In this document: in pieces, positions 13,401 to 26,195 of the stretch
Position numbering within the stretch: position 1 is the stretch's first letter
Layout of the letters: each line of letters begins with the position of its first letter
The notes under the pieces: model-generated
The model's input: the letters and a program-made list of their open reading frames with translations, nothing else
What the model was told of the DNA's origin: nothing
The model's database searches: none
Assembly (NCBI GenBank): GCA_000708835.1
Contig: DF237271.1
Location: 1 to 64,000, forward strand
Reading direction: 5' to 3'
DNA: 64,000 bases
DNA from: Klebsormidium nitens
Taxonomy: Eukaryota > Plantae > Klebsormidiophyceae
Program-made: the position numbers and the translations under genes

Positions 13401-14074
13401 GGCCAAAAAACGTTCAATCCTTTACAAGAATCCTGTCTTCCTTGAGCTGCATACTGAAGGGGCATCAAAGTCCTCTCTTATTCTGAGACAATTGTGCTGA
13501 AACCTTCTTGCGTCGGGGTTCAGGCTGAAAGAGCACAATTAATCGATGGCCAGTACTTTGGACTGCCTGTCCTTGCGGCCATATCTGGCACATTGCGCTG
13601 TTTAGACTCAGGCCCAGGTGAAAGTATTTCTTTGATGGAAGCCTGCTTCTGCCTCAACTAAAAGCTCTTCCTAGCATGGTGTCAGTCCTCATTGTCTCTG
13701 CAGAATCTCATCACAGTCTACCTGTTCTTAAACACTCACTAACGACTCAAATTATTACAAGCTGGATGTAAGCTGAGATGACTTCCTTGTGATAGTGACC
13801 CTTAGAGAAAAGATATAGCAATGCCTAAGAGAACAGCGGCTGTGCTCTCCCATCCAAACAGAGACCTCACCAGATTTGCTTGCTTCAAGGGTTTCAGGGC
13901 TGCCATGTACTTGTTTCCCTTGTTCTTGTTGAAGAAGTCATGGCCCTCTGCAATCTCAAATGGGATGATGCCGTGATACTTCCCAGCTGCTGGTTTCTCA
14001 CTGTTGGGAAAGTGGATCATGTGAGCATCGCTCTTCTGGCCCTCCAAAGGTACAGACGCTGGGTCAGCATTCAT
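10440..14074 (-). CDS. Bestrophin-family anion channel (about 6 exons)
   Basis: Spliced exons give LVSFCLVFQTTQSYNR|YFKQYEAVVDMRRG, VPFAFYHLLNLMAIGYLLLLAYTQ and LGIRELSNALADPFGRDETDIP. These match bestrophin motifs (FxTxxSYxR, PFxYxH, ELxDPFGxDxxDIP). GT-AG phases are consistent; start codon uncertain. Confidence 0.85.
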
Positions 14075-15231
14075 GATTGCTTGGCGAAAGTTCCCTGCGG
14101 AAAACCCTCAACACAAGGATTGAGGTCACGAACTGAGGTCTCGGCCAACTAACTCACAAGGTGCACCCCCTTTCTCGCGCAGGTGCTTCAAAGCTCACAA
14201 AACATCGTCGCTGAATATAGTACGATTGGGAGAGACCATGCAAAAGAAGTTCCTGCGAACACGTTCATTTTCCGCCTCCTCTGAGCTGGCTGCTGGCCAG
14301 GGTTTGGAGATTCACTCGATCGCGTCTTCTCTCTCAAAATGATTGAATGTGTGAAATGAGAAGCCAAAGCCGCTTTGCCCGCGTGATGCCTGTGTATCCA
14401 AACGTTCGCAAGTACAGTACCTACCAATTGGTGCGCAAACCTGCCGGGGGATACGATAGGGACGGTTTTTGCTATCGAACGGATTACAATCGCCTTGCAT
14501 GTGGATCGACGGCACGATCTGCGCTGAGAAGCGCAACGCAGTCGGTGGACCAGTACAGCATTGGCCCGCGAGTTTGTTTTCAGTCCCAGCCACTACCCAG
14601 GTAAATCCTGCCGAGCTGCACGGTATGAATCATGATTCACCGGGATTGGATCCGGATCCGTAACCGGTACCGGGTAGGTGCAAGGTGGTATCGACGGTAG
14701 GTACCTAGTATCGTACATGTCAAACCGGCCGGACTCAATAATGCGCATGAACCGGGGACAGCGTACCATAGCTCTGGTTCCGTGGAAGGCAGATCGAGAG
14801 CCGGGCCGAGGCGCTTACCATACCTATGCGGATGATCCCCCGGGGACAATAGCGGCCATGGCCCATAAATGTGACCAGTTCACGACCTTTCGGAGTTGAG
14901 AGTATAGGGTATCGGTCGACCGTCGTACAGGTTGCGTACGTTGCCAGGTGGACATGATTGTGACATCATCAATGTCATGTTGCACTCTAGCTTGGCACCA
15001 TGCCCCCTTCTTTGCAAATTGCAACGCAACGTACCGCGCGATGGTTTCCACTTGCTGCAAGTCTTGCATCTTATAGGAAGGATCAAAACTTAGAAAACTT
15101 TTGCATTGGCAGCATGCATCGGATCGGGCAATACCAATGTGCCAATCCACAGCTCTTGTGAAATATGTGATTGCTTGCATTTTCCCGCGGTCCTCAGCAC
15201 TCTCACGCTCGCTTCTGCGGTTCCTCTAAAA

Positions 15232-18200
15232 ATGCAGTCAGGGAGGCAGAGCCAGCCGCCGGCGCGGCCTGCTGGGCGATCTCGCTCCCGCCATCGTCCG
15301 AGACCCCCCGAATCAGTCAAGGCCCCCCAGATACAGGCAGGGAGACGCACCCCGAGCACAGGGAATCATGAAAAGCAACCCCCCGGTGCGCAGCAGGGGG
15401 GTGGATCAGGCAGGCCGGTCCTGATGGGACATCGTGAGTCGGCCGGGTTGCCAGTTTCCAGGGGTGGGGTGACGGAGCAAGCAAAGGAACAGGGGGTTGT
15501 GCGGCCGGAGAGTGCATTTCAGGCCCTTGCACGCAGTGGGGGGGTGGTGGTGGTGGGAGTGGTAGGGGGGGAACGAAATGAGGCTGCACACTTGGTGGAA
15601 CGATTTCTTCAAAAGCAGGTAAAGGCCCTCCTCTGTGGATCAGCTTTTCCAAATCTTATTTGAATGTTCATTTCTGCCTGGGCATAATCCGCTTGCATTA
15701 TCGAGATCTTCGATAGAGTCCGCTGAGATAGGGAGATAAGGAGCAAAACGGCGGAGAAATAAGATGGCCATGAAATAATGCTCTGATCTTCTTTTAAGCG
15801 CCGCCTCGGAAAATATGTGGGTGCAAACGGTGCAAACATTAGTTGCCAACGGGCATCAACCAATGTGGGCTGCAGACACCTGATCGACAATCTTTGATTC
15901 GATTTGTGAACCGGAATGCCGAGAAGCGACACTGGTGTAAGAGAGCGGTCGAATGAGGATTTGCATTGAGCAATTCGCAGTGCAAGGCAAAAGTGCATTT
16001 CAGTTTGTCAGCGCCGGTTGTACGGAGCCCTTTCTTGGATCCATTGTAAGACACGTGCGGCTTTTCCATTCGTCCACGTTTGCCCTGGTTCTGCACCGCA
16101 TGTGTCCCACTCTTGGTCCCCCGCCCACACGAGAGAGCATCATCTTCTCTTCCTCCTTCGTATACATCTGCCCCCACCGCCTCTTCTAACCCTCTACCTT
16201 CATTCGCTTTTGCAGATCCTCACAAAGCCGCCCTCAAAGGGTCTTGATGAGTATACCCGTCTAAAATTTCACCACGATATCCAGCGCGGCCTCGTGTTCG
16301 TTCACTGCATCGCGGGGCAAGAGCCACTCTCGGAGGAGGGCCGGAAGACTGGTGGCGCAGGCGGCCGGGCAGCTTTCTTGCGGGACTTGCTACTCCTCTT
16401 TGTGGTACGACCTCTGCTCATACAGTACAAAGAGTTTATGTATTCGGAAGCTTGCTAGTACTACAGCCTAGTTAGTCTGGGCAGATGGTCGAAGGGCAAA
16501 ACAAACGCCGTCGTACTTCTGGCATGTCATGTTCGGTGTGCCGAGCTCACGGATTGGCTGATGATTGTTCGATCACTGGCCTCGTAGATAACGAACTCAG
16601 ATTAAGGATGCTGTTTTGTTCTATCCTTCTGTCCTAGCCCAGGTTGTTGTGGACATTGAGTTTGGGAGTCTTTTATAGTCTGCTGCTAAGTCTTTCTTTC
16701 TGCTGTCCGATCCCTCTCCGTTGAAATTTCAGTGTAAGGCAGCTCGAGTACCTTTTCAAACAGCTCTCCGCCCGTAGTCTCTTCTTGTGCTCCTTCCATG
16801 TGGCCTACAAGTACTGCAGACAATATGTGGGCATACTGCTTGATAATTTTCTTCCGTCTTTCGGCACCTTCTCCGACCTGCTTCCTTGCGTGATTTTGGG
16901 CCCCCTTCTGCTATGTGTGATCGTTCGTGACGTCTGTTTTCCGGACGAAGAAAACTCTGCCCTTGTTTACCCTGACTTCTCGCTTTAAACTATGTTGACG
17001 TCATCTGACGTCATCTGACGCAACGCTTCCTCTCTTGCAGTCGTGTGACGTCGTGCTGGTCCTTGAGGAGCGTCCAATGCTCAACCCCCGCCTTCTGCAA
17101 ACTCTCCGGCTCATCCAATCCGCAAAGACCACACTCTCCCCGTTCCTTTGGTCGATACCATCCCCACACGGCGTGAATTCTCTCCACCCGCCGCCGAGCT
17201 CTTCCGGAGAGCCTTTTCACACAGCTCCCTGCCCCGCCTTGCTACTGGTCTTCCCGGATGATGCAACGGAAGAGGAATCGGCATTTGATCGATCTCGGCC
17301 GGCGACGACCCGGAGGTTACCCTCTCCGAGGGGCCAGTCATCCGGTTCGGACCGAGACGAGCCCGGTTCGTACCATCCCAGGTCAGCAACCGCGAAACGG
17401 AAATTCGCTGCGACGTTGGACGCGCAGGCACGGCTGGTGCTGCGGAAAAGCCGTCTGGCGGGGGGGTCCGGTGAGGGGCGTTTCGGAGGGGGGGATGGGA
17501 GGCAGGACGACGGGCGGAGAGACGAGCCGCTGTTCAGAATCGACCCTAACCAGGTCTCGGTTCTCGTCAAGCCACACTTAATCTCCCCAGCGGCCACTTT
17601 AGAATCCGTCTCTGCGTTGCTCAGGCAAGCAACGAACCGGTGGATCAGTTCTCTGAACCAGGGGGGTGGTCTGGAAGGGGTCAATGGGCACCCCCACGAA
17701 ACGATACGGTTGGACCCACCAGTCGCCGGCCCTTGGGAGGAAAGCGTGAGCGTGCTGCTTGAAGGCATCTGGGGGGTTGCGGTTGCAGGCCAGATCGCTA
17801 GGGGGGGTGACGTTACGACCGGTGAAAGGATGGGCTTTCGGTCTTTTGACGACTGGAGACTGACGTGGGACTTTCTCCTGCGAAGCTTCTCTGCCGCAGG
17901 TTCCGAGAAGTCTTCAGAAGGACAAGGTTTTGGACCGGAAACTGGGGTCAAGGACGGGTTGAGTGGCGGGGTTGCGGGTGTCCGGGACAGATTGACAGAC
18001 ACGGAACTCGCTGCGCAAAATCCGGAAGTCCCTGCAAAAGCCGCTCTGCAAGCCGCGCTGCGTCAGCTGCATAAGGCGGCGGACCCCCTATACGCCTACT
18101 CCGCGCGCTTATGCGGGGCGGCACTGCCGGCCGCGCTCGAGGAGTACCTCAATAACCTGCCGGAGCACTACCCGCTTATGGTGCATCAACAACAGCTGGA

Positions 18201-21126
18201 GAGGGCGGTTTGGGTGATGAGAAATCGAGGAGGGGGCGCGGCTTTGAAGGAGTGGGTGGAAAAGTTGGAAAGTAGATGTGCGAGCATTTGGGAGGGGGGG
18301 AGGAAGTCGTGTGCCGCGCGCAGCCTGACCGGGCAGCCGTGCATCTACTGCGTACGTGTTCGCTTCGTTCCGTATTTGTTCGTCTTCTTGCTCCTTGTCT
18401 GCTGTCTCGTCCTGAATCTAGGTCGGGTAACGGCGGTCTGTTTGTGCGCTTTCCGTCTTTACCCCACGTTTGAGATTTCCATGTTGAGGACTTCTGATAT
18501 TGAAAATGAGGTTGTTCGACAACTTGTTGAAAAGGAGGCCACTGGCCATTCTAGCCCCATCCTGCACTCCACAGACTCCGTGCGAACACTGTTCGGGCAG
18601 CATTTTTGGACCTATTGGTTATTTCGGCCTCCCTTTACAAATTGACCAGGTTTCTTGCGTATGTTCAAAATTGATGACGGTCTCACCAACCCTCCAAGTC
18701 CTTTATAGAAGCAGCTGTTACAAATGACGGCCCAACGGCCGATGTTAAGCAAGGGACGGAAGTGATTGCCTTCCCTGTGCGTTTCAAATTCGCCTTGTGT
18801 TTTGTTTTGATTCTTTTCAGAATTTTACAAAGTTCCAGCTCCGCTTTGCAGGAGCACTTGTTATCCGTTGACGGCCCAACCGGCCGACGGCAAGCAAGTT
18901 TTAAAAGTATTCCGTTCCTCCCATTTCATGTGAAATTCCATTTTCAAGGTTTCCTCTTCTTGATGAAGTTGCTGACACTCACCTCTGCTTCTGCTTTGCA
19001 GGTGCACTCGTTACCTGTCGACGGTACAGCGGGCGACGGTTCCGAGGGCAAGCGGCACTCGAGCGGCTTCTGTTTTCTCCAGGCGTGCGCGTGCGGAAGG
19101 TCCCGCAAGATGAGGGAGGACCCGTTTGACGAAGCAGAGGCTCGGGAGGTGTGGCTCCGATCAGTTCCTACGGCTTCAGGGTTCCAATCTGCATTCCGAA
19201 CAGTCGATTCCGTGGTCACACACTTGTCGTACTTTCAGAATCAAGAATACCTTGGGGATATCACCCGCTGCTCAGATGTTAGGTGCCCTCTTGCACCGGA
19301 CCTAACGAACTACCGACTGCCGTAACAGTCCTGTCAGCATCTCTCGATCAGTCTAAGTTTGCGTAGCAGGCAACATTCCCATCTTGGAACAAGACTGGTT
19401 CGGAGCTCTTCTGTTTTCAATACAGAGTAAGCAAAGATGCCTTTACCTTTCATTCCGGCTGACCGAGAGAATGAAGTCAGTTTTCATACTCAAGATACGT
19501 CGTACTCTTCTCGGACAGTCCTGGTCTTCTACCGAAGGCTGCTGCTCGAGCGACTCCGCCCCGGTAGAACACCCCGGGGGATCCCCCTTCCTTGTCGCCA
19601 GGCTGGGCAGCGCCCGGGACTACTCCTCGGGGGAGGGACTCGTCCAAGACGGTTTTGTGCCGGGCCACAACCAGCTGACGTCACTCGACTTCCGGTTACC
19701 CGCTCGGTTACTGGAGCGCATAAGCGATGGGCGAGATGCGCCGGGGGCCGTAGGAGATGGGCAGAAGGCAGCGGCGCCGTCGGGCGCTAGCGCTAACGCT
19801 GAGGGGTCGGTGACGTCCGGTCGTGGGCTGCTGACGTCACCATCTAAGCATGCGAAGCAGAAGCGGGCGGGCGGCGGGGCGGGGGGTGCGGCTGAGTTCC
19901 GGGTTTGGGTCGGGTTCGAGTACGAGTGCCCCGCGGGTCATCGGTTCCTGCATAAACCCGTGGTTAAGGAGCCGGTCAGCGAGAAACCCATCGCAGAAGC
20001 TAAGTCGGAAGAAGCGAAAGACAACCCTGCTGCCGTCACTCCCCCCGCCAGAACCGGCCAGGAGAGGGGCACCGCAGCGGTTCCGCTTCAGGGGGGTGGG
20101 AGACAAGCCAGAGCAGCCCCCCGGGCGCGAGCTAGACGAAGCGGACGGCAGCCGGGGGGCAGAAACGCGCCGGTAGATCTGACGTCGGAAGAGTGGCCGG
20201 CGATTGGGGGGAAAGCTGTGAGTAACGAGGCGGAATGGCCGTCCCTTCAGAGCGCCGCCAGGAAAGGGCTTCTGCCGACACCTGGCGCTCGCCCTGGCAT
20301 GCCACTTGGCGGCGCCAGGAAAGGACACGTGGACGAGGAGGCGGGTGCGTCCAAAACGCGCCCCGGCGCGACGTGGGTGGCGAAGAACGAGAGCGGGGAG
20401 AAGACGGACGAGGTCGAGGAGTTCCCTCCTTTGACTTCGGTCCTGGGAAAGCAGGTCTCGGCGGCAACACAAACACCCGGAGATAAGAACCCCGCTGCTG
20501 ATGTCACAAACCCCCCAGAAGATGAGAAGCCGCCCGTAACGCCTAGCGCACCTGAGGCAGACCTGCCTATCTTGCGGGGGTGCGTCGCATGCCCGCCGGG
20601 GGGTCCCGGCACAAGCGAATCGGGAGAGAAGATTGCCCCCCGGGGAGCGCAGCTCCGGCGGGTGTTCTTAGTCACTCCCCCGGGCTTCGCAGCTTTCGGA
20701 ACGGCCCCACGTGTTATAGTACGAAGCGCCGGAGGCCATTCGGAGGCCTTCAGCAGTCCTGCTGACGTCACTGCTGTGGTTAGAGGTGGCAGGAGCAGCG
20801 GAGCGACGAGCTCAAAAGCGGCGAATGATGGAGGAGGGGCGACCGAACATGAGGTAAAAGGTGTTGCGGGGTCGCCGGAGGAGCGGACTGCCTCAAAGAC
20901 GGCAGCGGAGTCTGAAGTGACGGGAACAGATTCTGCCAGCGTGGGCAGTCGTGCTTCGCAGAGGGAGGTGACGCCACTACCTGCTGACGGATTTTTCAGC
21001 TTGCTTCTGCTGTTTATCCACATTGCAGAGGGGAATGGGAGCGGCAATCAATTGCTCTTGGGCAGTGAAACGCAGGCGGTGCTAAAGGCGGGTTCAGGGC
21101 TGCGTCTGAGATTAGCGGTACATTGA
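15232..21126 (+). CDS. SMG8: Nonsense-mediated decay factor SMG8 (plant type), 5 exons
   Basis: Exons approx 15232-15618, 16216-16404, 17041-18351, 19002-~19149, ~19520-21126. Motifs GVVVVGVVG, SCDVVLVLEE...LQTLRLIQSAK, LDAQARLVLRKSRL, CAARSLTGQPC, HSSGFCFLQACACGRSRKMREDPFD, VGFEYECPAGHRFL and QLRRVFLVTPP match plant SMG8 as I recall it. Confidence 0.9.
18701..19060 (+). repeat. Three tandem copies of the SMG8 exon-4 acceptor plus exon start
   Basis: ctttatag|aagcagctgttacaaatgacggccc (18709), gctttgcag|gagcacttgttatccgttgacggccc (18852), gctttgcag|gtgcactcgttacctgtcgacggt (19002, functional). Confidence 0.8.
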
Positions 21127-21473
21127 CGGTAGAGTGAAAAGGGGAGATGATCAAAGTTTTATAGGCCCCTGCTACGTGGCACCAGTCCCTCGTTTGGCCA
21201 TGGGACAGTGTATTGTAGACAGCCGCAAATGCAACGAGATCAAAGCAAGCGCTTTTGCAGTTTCAAAGCTCTCATTTCTTTCAAGTACAATGCTCTTGTC
21301 AGCTGTACAGGGTTGGTGGGAGCATGTGAGTAGGCTCTTCATTGGACCCGCACACCCTTTGATCGCATGTAGCCTGTCACTGAGAATCATGGATAGTGGT
21401 TGTACATTCTTTTCTTTCGACTCGTGACCAGCTTGACATGCGGCGCAGATCGGAAGGGACGTAGACTTACCAA

Positions 21474-21528
21474 CCTGGCGTGTACTCTAAATGTACCCTG
21501 GCGTGTACTCTAAATGTACTCTAAATGT
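21474..21528. repeat. Short tandem repeat: cctggcgtgtactctaaatgta x2 plus a partial copy
   Basis: Directly visible between the convergent SMG8 and DNMT2 3' ends. Confidence 0.85.
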
Positions 21529-22187
21529 CTCGCTCGTACGTCCAGCAAGGAAAAGTTCCTTGACGCGTTCCTTGCCCGGTCGATTTACAAGAGTATAATG
21601 CCTCATGTATACGTCATTGTGGCCACGTACGCTGCAGTGCATGCATATGCTTTCTGAAGAGTGTACAGCATCTGTATAGCTAGAATCAGCTAGCGCGCCC
21701 AACCCCAGGGGCCGACGCGCCGGCGCGCTCATTGAAGGTGCTGGCACATGATCCTCTGACTGAGCGACTCGTCGATCAAAAGCCACGACTGAGTCACATA
21801 CGGCGTACACAATTTGAAGACTGAGAGCCATGCGACGTCGAAGCGCATGGGCCGCTTGAACATCAAAACTTAACAAATGCAACGCCCGCCCGGCTTCGTC
21901 GCATGCTCCGGACGCCCCAGATTGTGATTGCGGCCGAGCAGCAAACCGCGTGTTGCAGCGCGTCACATATGCTTGTATGACATTCGTTGCAACGTCATTC
22001 GTTTATACAAGGTCATGCAAGCAGAAGGTGGCCGCAAGCAACATCAACAGAGTCAGTGTCCTTGAGGTCTCATCGATCATGGCTGCTGACGTGAATGGCA
22101 GGCCGGATTAATAGTTCACGACAAGGTGCGACGATACAACGGGTCGCCGATATAGCACGCGACCACGAGGAGAGGCCCCATTCGTCT

Positions 22188-25100
22188 TCAACGTTGCGGG
22201 CTACGAAGGTAAGATAGAAGAAAAGCCACCAGCTCAGCATTCAAGCTATTGCCGAGAAGTGCGTACTGCTGCTTCAAGGTCACGTGCGCTGGAAAGCTGA
22301 AGCTTGTCGGAAACGAGTGGAAGTTTGCGACCTGCGAATAAGGGAATTTCGTTAGCTCAAAGCTAAAACAGGGACATCAACGTGCAGCTTGTGCACCCAA
22401 CACAAAAACTCACCGTTCATTCATCAACTGAGCATATTGATAGCTCGTTGAGAGGGCAGAGGGCATTGCTAACGTGGTCAGTTCAAGCAGTATTAGAGGA
22501 AAAGGGACAACGGAAGTGAAAGCAAGAGTTCGACCCATACGGGATGTAGTGACTAAAAATAACGACAGAAATGAACCGACTGTGGATTTCAACTCAGAAG
22601 TTGCTGCCTTACAAGCTTGTCTGCGAGGAAGAAAGATAAGCAACCGCTGCTCCCCTGCATATCCCTCTCACAAACACCTCTTCGCAGCCTCCCTTATAAG
22701 ACATTTCTTGGTGCACAAACTCTCCTTCCACCAACAATTCCGATAGGATGTCCCTGAACACCTTCGGAGCGATTGGATTTTGAGAAGCTCTCAAAATGGA
22801 AATCGTCCGCACCTCGCGCGGCGTGAAGAACCGCAGATTCAGCGCCGCCAGGTCCACCAACCGCCCGCTCTCCTGGTCAAACTTCACCCCCCCGTTCACG
22901 ATGCCCTTCTCGTCCGCCACGTGGCGGTCCTGCCAGACGCCACGTGGCGTCGTCGCCAGGATCGACCCGGTTCCCTTCGCAAACTTGACGTAACTTTTGG
23001 TGAAGCAGCAGCAACGCGTCGAAAGCGGGGTCACGATGTCGAACGCGTCGCCCCACCGCGACACAATCGCTTCTGGGACGCGGACGCTCTCAAATTCGGA
23101 CGCAGAGAGGCTTTCGAGGAAGTCCGACACGGGCCGTACCGGGGGGCTGTCCGAAAGACGCAGCGGAGCGTCTTCTGGGGCTTGACAGTCTGGGGCTTGG
23201 CAGTCGACGGGAGAGGGGGGGAAGTTCGAGTGGTTTGGGTTGGAACGAGGAGGTTCAGCTTCTGCAGTTTGGCAGTCGGCTGTTGTGGGTGGGAAAGGGG
23301 GGGGAAGGCTTTGGCGGGCATGCGGCGCTTCGGTTGAGGCTAACTCTAGAAGCGAAGTCTGCAGATCCCCAGCCATCGAGCGGCTCTGCTCCGTCGAAGG
23401 GTTGAGGTTAAGAAGTGGATGTGAGGCTAGGTCGGGACCCTCTTCGTCATTTCCGGACGTGTTTGCGGGTTCGGAGGAGCTCGGGTGCTCGGATGCTGTG
23501 CTACTTACTGAGGGGAAGGGGAAAGGGCGGTCGGGAGACTCGTCTCTGAATTCGGGCGGCTCTGCGCAATTTGGATTGCTCATGCTGGACTCCGGGTGCT
23601 GGGAAGCTATGGGAGTTGCTGGTCCGAAAAGGGAAGGCGGGTCAAAATTCTGTTCCTCCGATCCGGACGGTTTTGTGGATTGAGAAGAGCGCCGCTTCGA
23701 ATTTGGATGCTCGGAAGCTATGGGAGTTGCTGGGTTGGAGGGGAAAGGGCGGAAGGGCGGCCGGGTTTGAAAAAGCGCTGCCGGACTGCGGACGATGGTG
23801 CCAGCGAGAGAAGTGTCCGGGAAGGGCGAGTGCTTGCTCTTCGCCTGCAGTCAAGAGACATCGGGATCGTGTTTGAATTGATATGCTGGCAGAGCGGGGA
23901 AGCTTGTCGGCCGAAATTGCCTGCAGCACGTGGACGTCAATTTTGCTGACCAAATACTGAAGTCTGAGCATCTGCTTCAATCACCTACGGAGCTTTGACG
24001 ACTTCGCTCCCCGTGAGGCAGCGGAGCAACGAGGAAGAAAGCGTGACATTTCGAGTCGGCCATTATAGTAACTGTCCAGAAGGACATAACCTGAGGCCGG
24101 TCTGAGGAACACGAGCGCTATTTAAGTTGCGAGAAGGACGACGTTACGCATCAACCTCGAACCGCCATCGCTCGGCCGTAAGGTACCTCAGATGCGCAGA
24201 ATGCGTCTGTACGGCATCCAAGCATTCAGAGCTGGCACAGCGCGCACTGTAAAAGTCCAACAGTTCTCTTTTGACATACTCGCCATAGCTCGCCGCTTTT
24301 GTCGGAATATCTGAGAGACAGAGTATACGCTTTCTCAAACCCTTGTTTACAGCATGAGCAAAGAGACTCAGTCGAGGTGAAAGCAGATTTTGCGAAAAGG
24401 CCGGTTTCCGCTTGCTCACCAGACAAAAGTAGCGCGGGCGCGAGTACGGGATGCCGAATTGCAGCGGGCTGAGGATGAACTCCTGGACGGCAAACTCCGC
24501 GTCTGAGAGCGTCCGCAGAAGCTCGTCATGCGTGATCGAGGTCTGCAACAAGGTGAAAAAGAAACTGAACTTCTGAACCTCTAAACCTCTAAACCTCTGA
24601 ACCCAACAAAAAAGTCTCAGGGTTCGAAAGTCGATTGTGTTCTACATCAGTCCGTTCGCACCCTCCTCCACTCAAAGTGACCGCCACCGGGCATCTTGAG
24701 AAATATGTACAACAAGAAGCGGTACAATCTGCTTCACAGGTTCTTGAAAAAAGTGCACCTACTTTCCAGGCTGCCCGACTATGTGCTGGGAAGAGTTCGG
24801 CAAGCGACAAGTGGCGGAGGGGGAGCACACACCTCCGGCCTGCGCATCCTGGATGATTGATCTCAAAACATTGCAATGAAAGAAGGATCTGTCAGTTTCA
24901 AGTTGAACAAAAAGCACAGTCCTGATTGGCTCTACCTGCGCTCCAACACACGGGTACTCCGTCTCATGCACCTTTCGAGTCTTCATCCTTGTAATACATG
25001 CAAAAAGCCGACTCTTCGAAGACAGGCTGGGGAACGCGCGCCCACCTCAAATCCCACCACGTTTTCAACAAGAATGTATGTCGGGGGGTGCTGGAGCAAA

Positions 25101-26195
25101 GGGATCCGCTGTAGCATAGCCAGGAACGAGGTGGCCCTCCCGTCCCCCGCGTCCTTCTTCAGCCCTGCGGGAGCACGAGAAGGATGACGTGACATCACGG
25201 AAGGGGTGACGTCAGAACACGGGAAGCATGACATCAGCACGCGTCTCTTCTTCTGACGGGTTCGGACTGGATGAGGGATGCGTGGGTGGAACGATTGCCT
25301 TCTTTCTCATGACGGGAAACGAAATGAAGGTCTGGATCATAATACCAGTGCACAGATGTATCGGAGGCTGCGAACTTGTTGATTCAGTTACTAGGGATCA
25401 GATCTTGAATGAATGGGTTCTCGACAACCAAATCCTATAAGGATATCGTCGGAGCCGTTCCGACATGGTTCTATCCACCAGAGAGCAAACTGTATCTGCT
25501 TTCTTTCTCCGCCATCAGGACCGATTGATCACTCTCGTCAACCCTCAAACGCAACATGTCCCATGCACCAGCAGCCCCTATTGGAATTTTCAATCAGCCA
25601 ACTTGGCCCGCCTGTCTTTCTGGACTACACGGTTCGTTTCGAACTTGGGAACATCGTAGGGACCTCACCTTGCCTGGTGTATGGTTGGCACGGAGGCGCC
25701 ATGAGCCACATGTCGGCCCGGTATGCGTCCAGCTCGCGCGCATTGACCCGGGAGACGTTGCCCTCGCTCGGACGGTGTCCGAAGTTGTGCTCGTACACAT
25801 CGTTTGCTACTTCGTTGATGTCAAACGCCTCGACGACTATGAACGGGAGGCCGCTCAGTTGCAGGGCGTAGCGCTGCAAAGAGCACAAAAGATTTTCTCC
25901 TTCTCCTCTTTCATCTGTTCGTCGGTTGTTCTTAACTGGTGCTTTCGTCAGCTCTTTCGTGCCAAGATTCCAATAAGCTCTTCCAAAACTGTTGAAGGTC
26001 AAAGGAAGGAACCTGGAATGCAAGCTGCTTGTGAAAGCGATGCACCTTTGGGTCTTAAGCAACTGTCACCTGAGCTGCCAAACACTGTCCCTGTATAAAA
26101 TTAGAATGGACAAAGTCTCACCAGAATGGTGAGGCACTCACCATGCCCCCCACTCCGCTGTAGAACTCCAGGACTCGCAGCCTTCCGCTGTCCAT
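22188..26195 (-). CDS. DNMT2: DNMT2/TRDMT1 tRNA (cytosine-5) methyltransferase, 6 exons
   Basis: [18 protein letters not shown] (motif I), [25 protein letters not shown] (catalytic PCQ), [26 protein letters not shown], the DNMT2-specific [17 protein letters not shown]|ANFHSFP and QYALLGNSL. Last exon about 22188-22340. Confidence 0.95.
24573..24604. repeat. 4 x 8-bp telomere-like repeat (ctRaacct) in a DNMT2 intron
   Basis: ctgaacct ctaaacct ctaaacct ctgaaccc; the minus strand reads AGGTTTAG. Confidence 0.7.

Noticed and set aside
13214-13486. Acidic plus-strand ORF inside a bestrophin intron (nested gene?)
   Set aside because: Its purine richness is explained by the pyrimidine-rich intron end on the opposite strand; no motif or splice support.
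17111-21047. Long minus-strand ORFs 17217..18002, 19837..20472 and 20247..21047
   Set aside because: GC-rich antisense shadows of SMG8 exons with no independent motifs.
22780-23683. Plus-strand ORFs opposite the large DNMT2 exon
   Set aside because: Antisense shadows of a GC-rich coding exon.
1058-26195. Apparent RNA-metabolism cluster (XS, SMG8, DNMT2)
   Set aside because: Mixed orientations, an unrelated gene in between, and eukaryotic neighbours are usually not functionally grouped; chance is sufficient.
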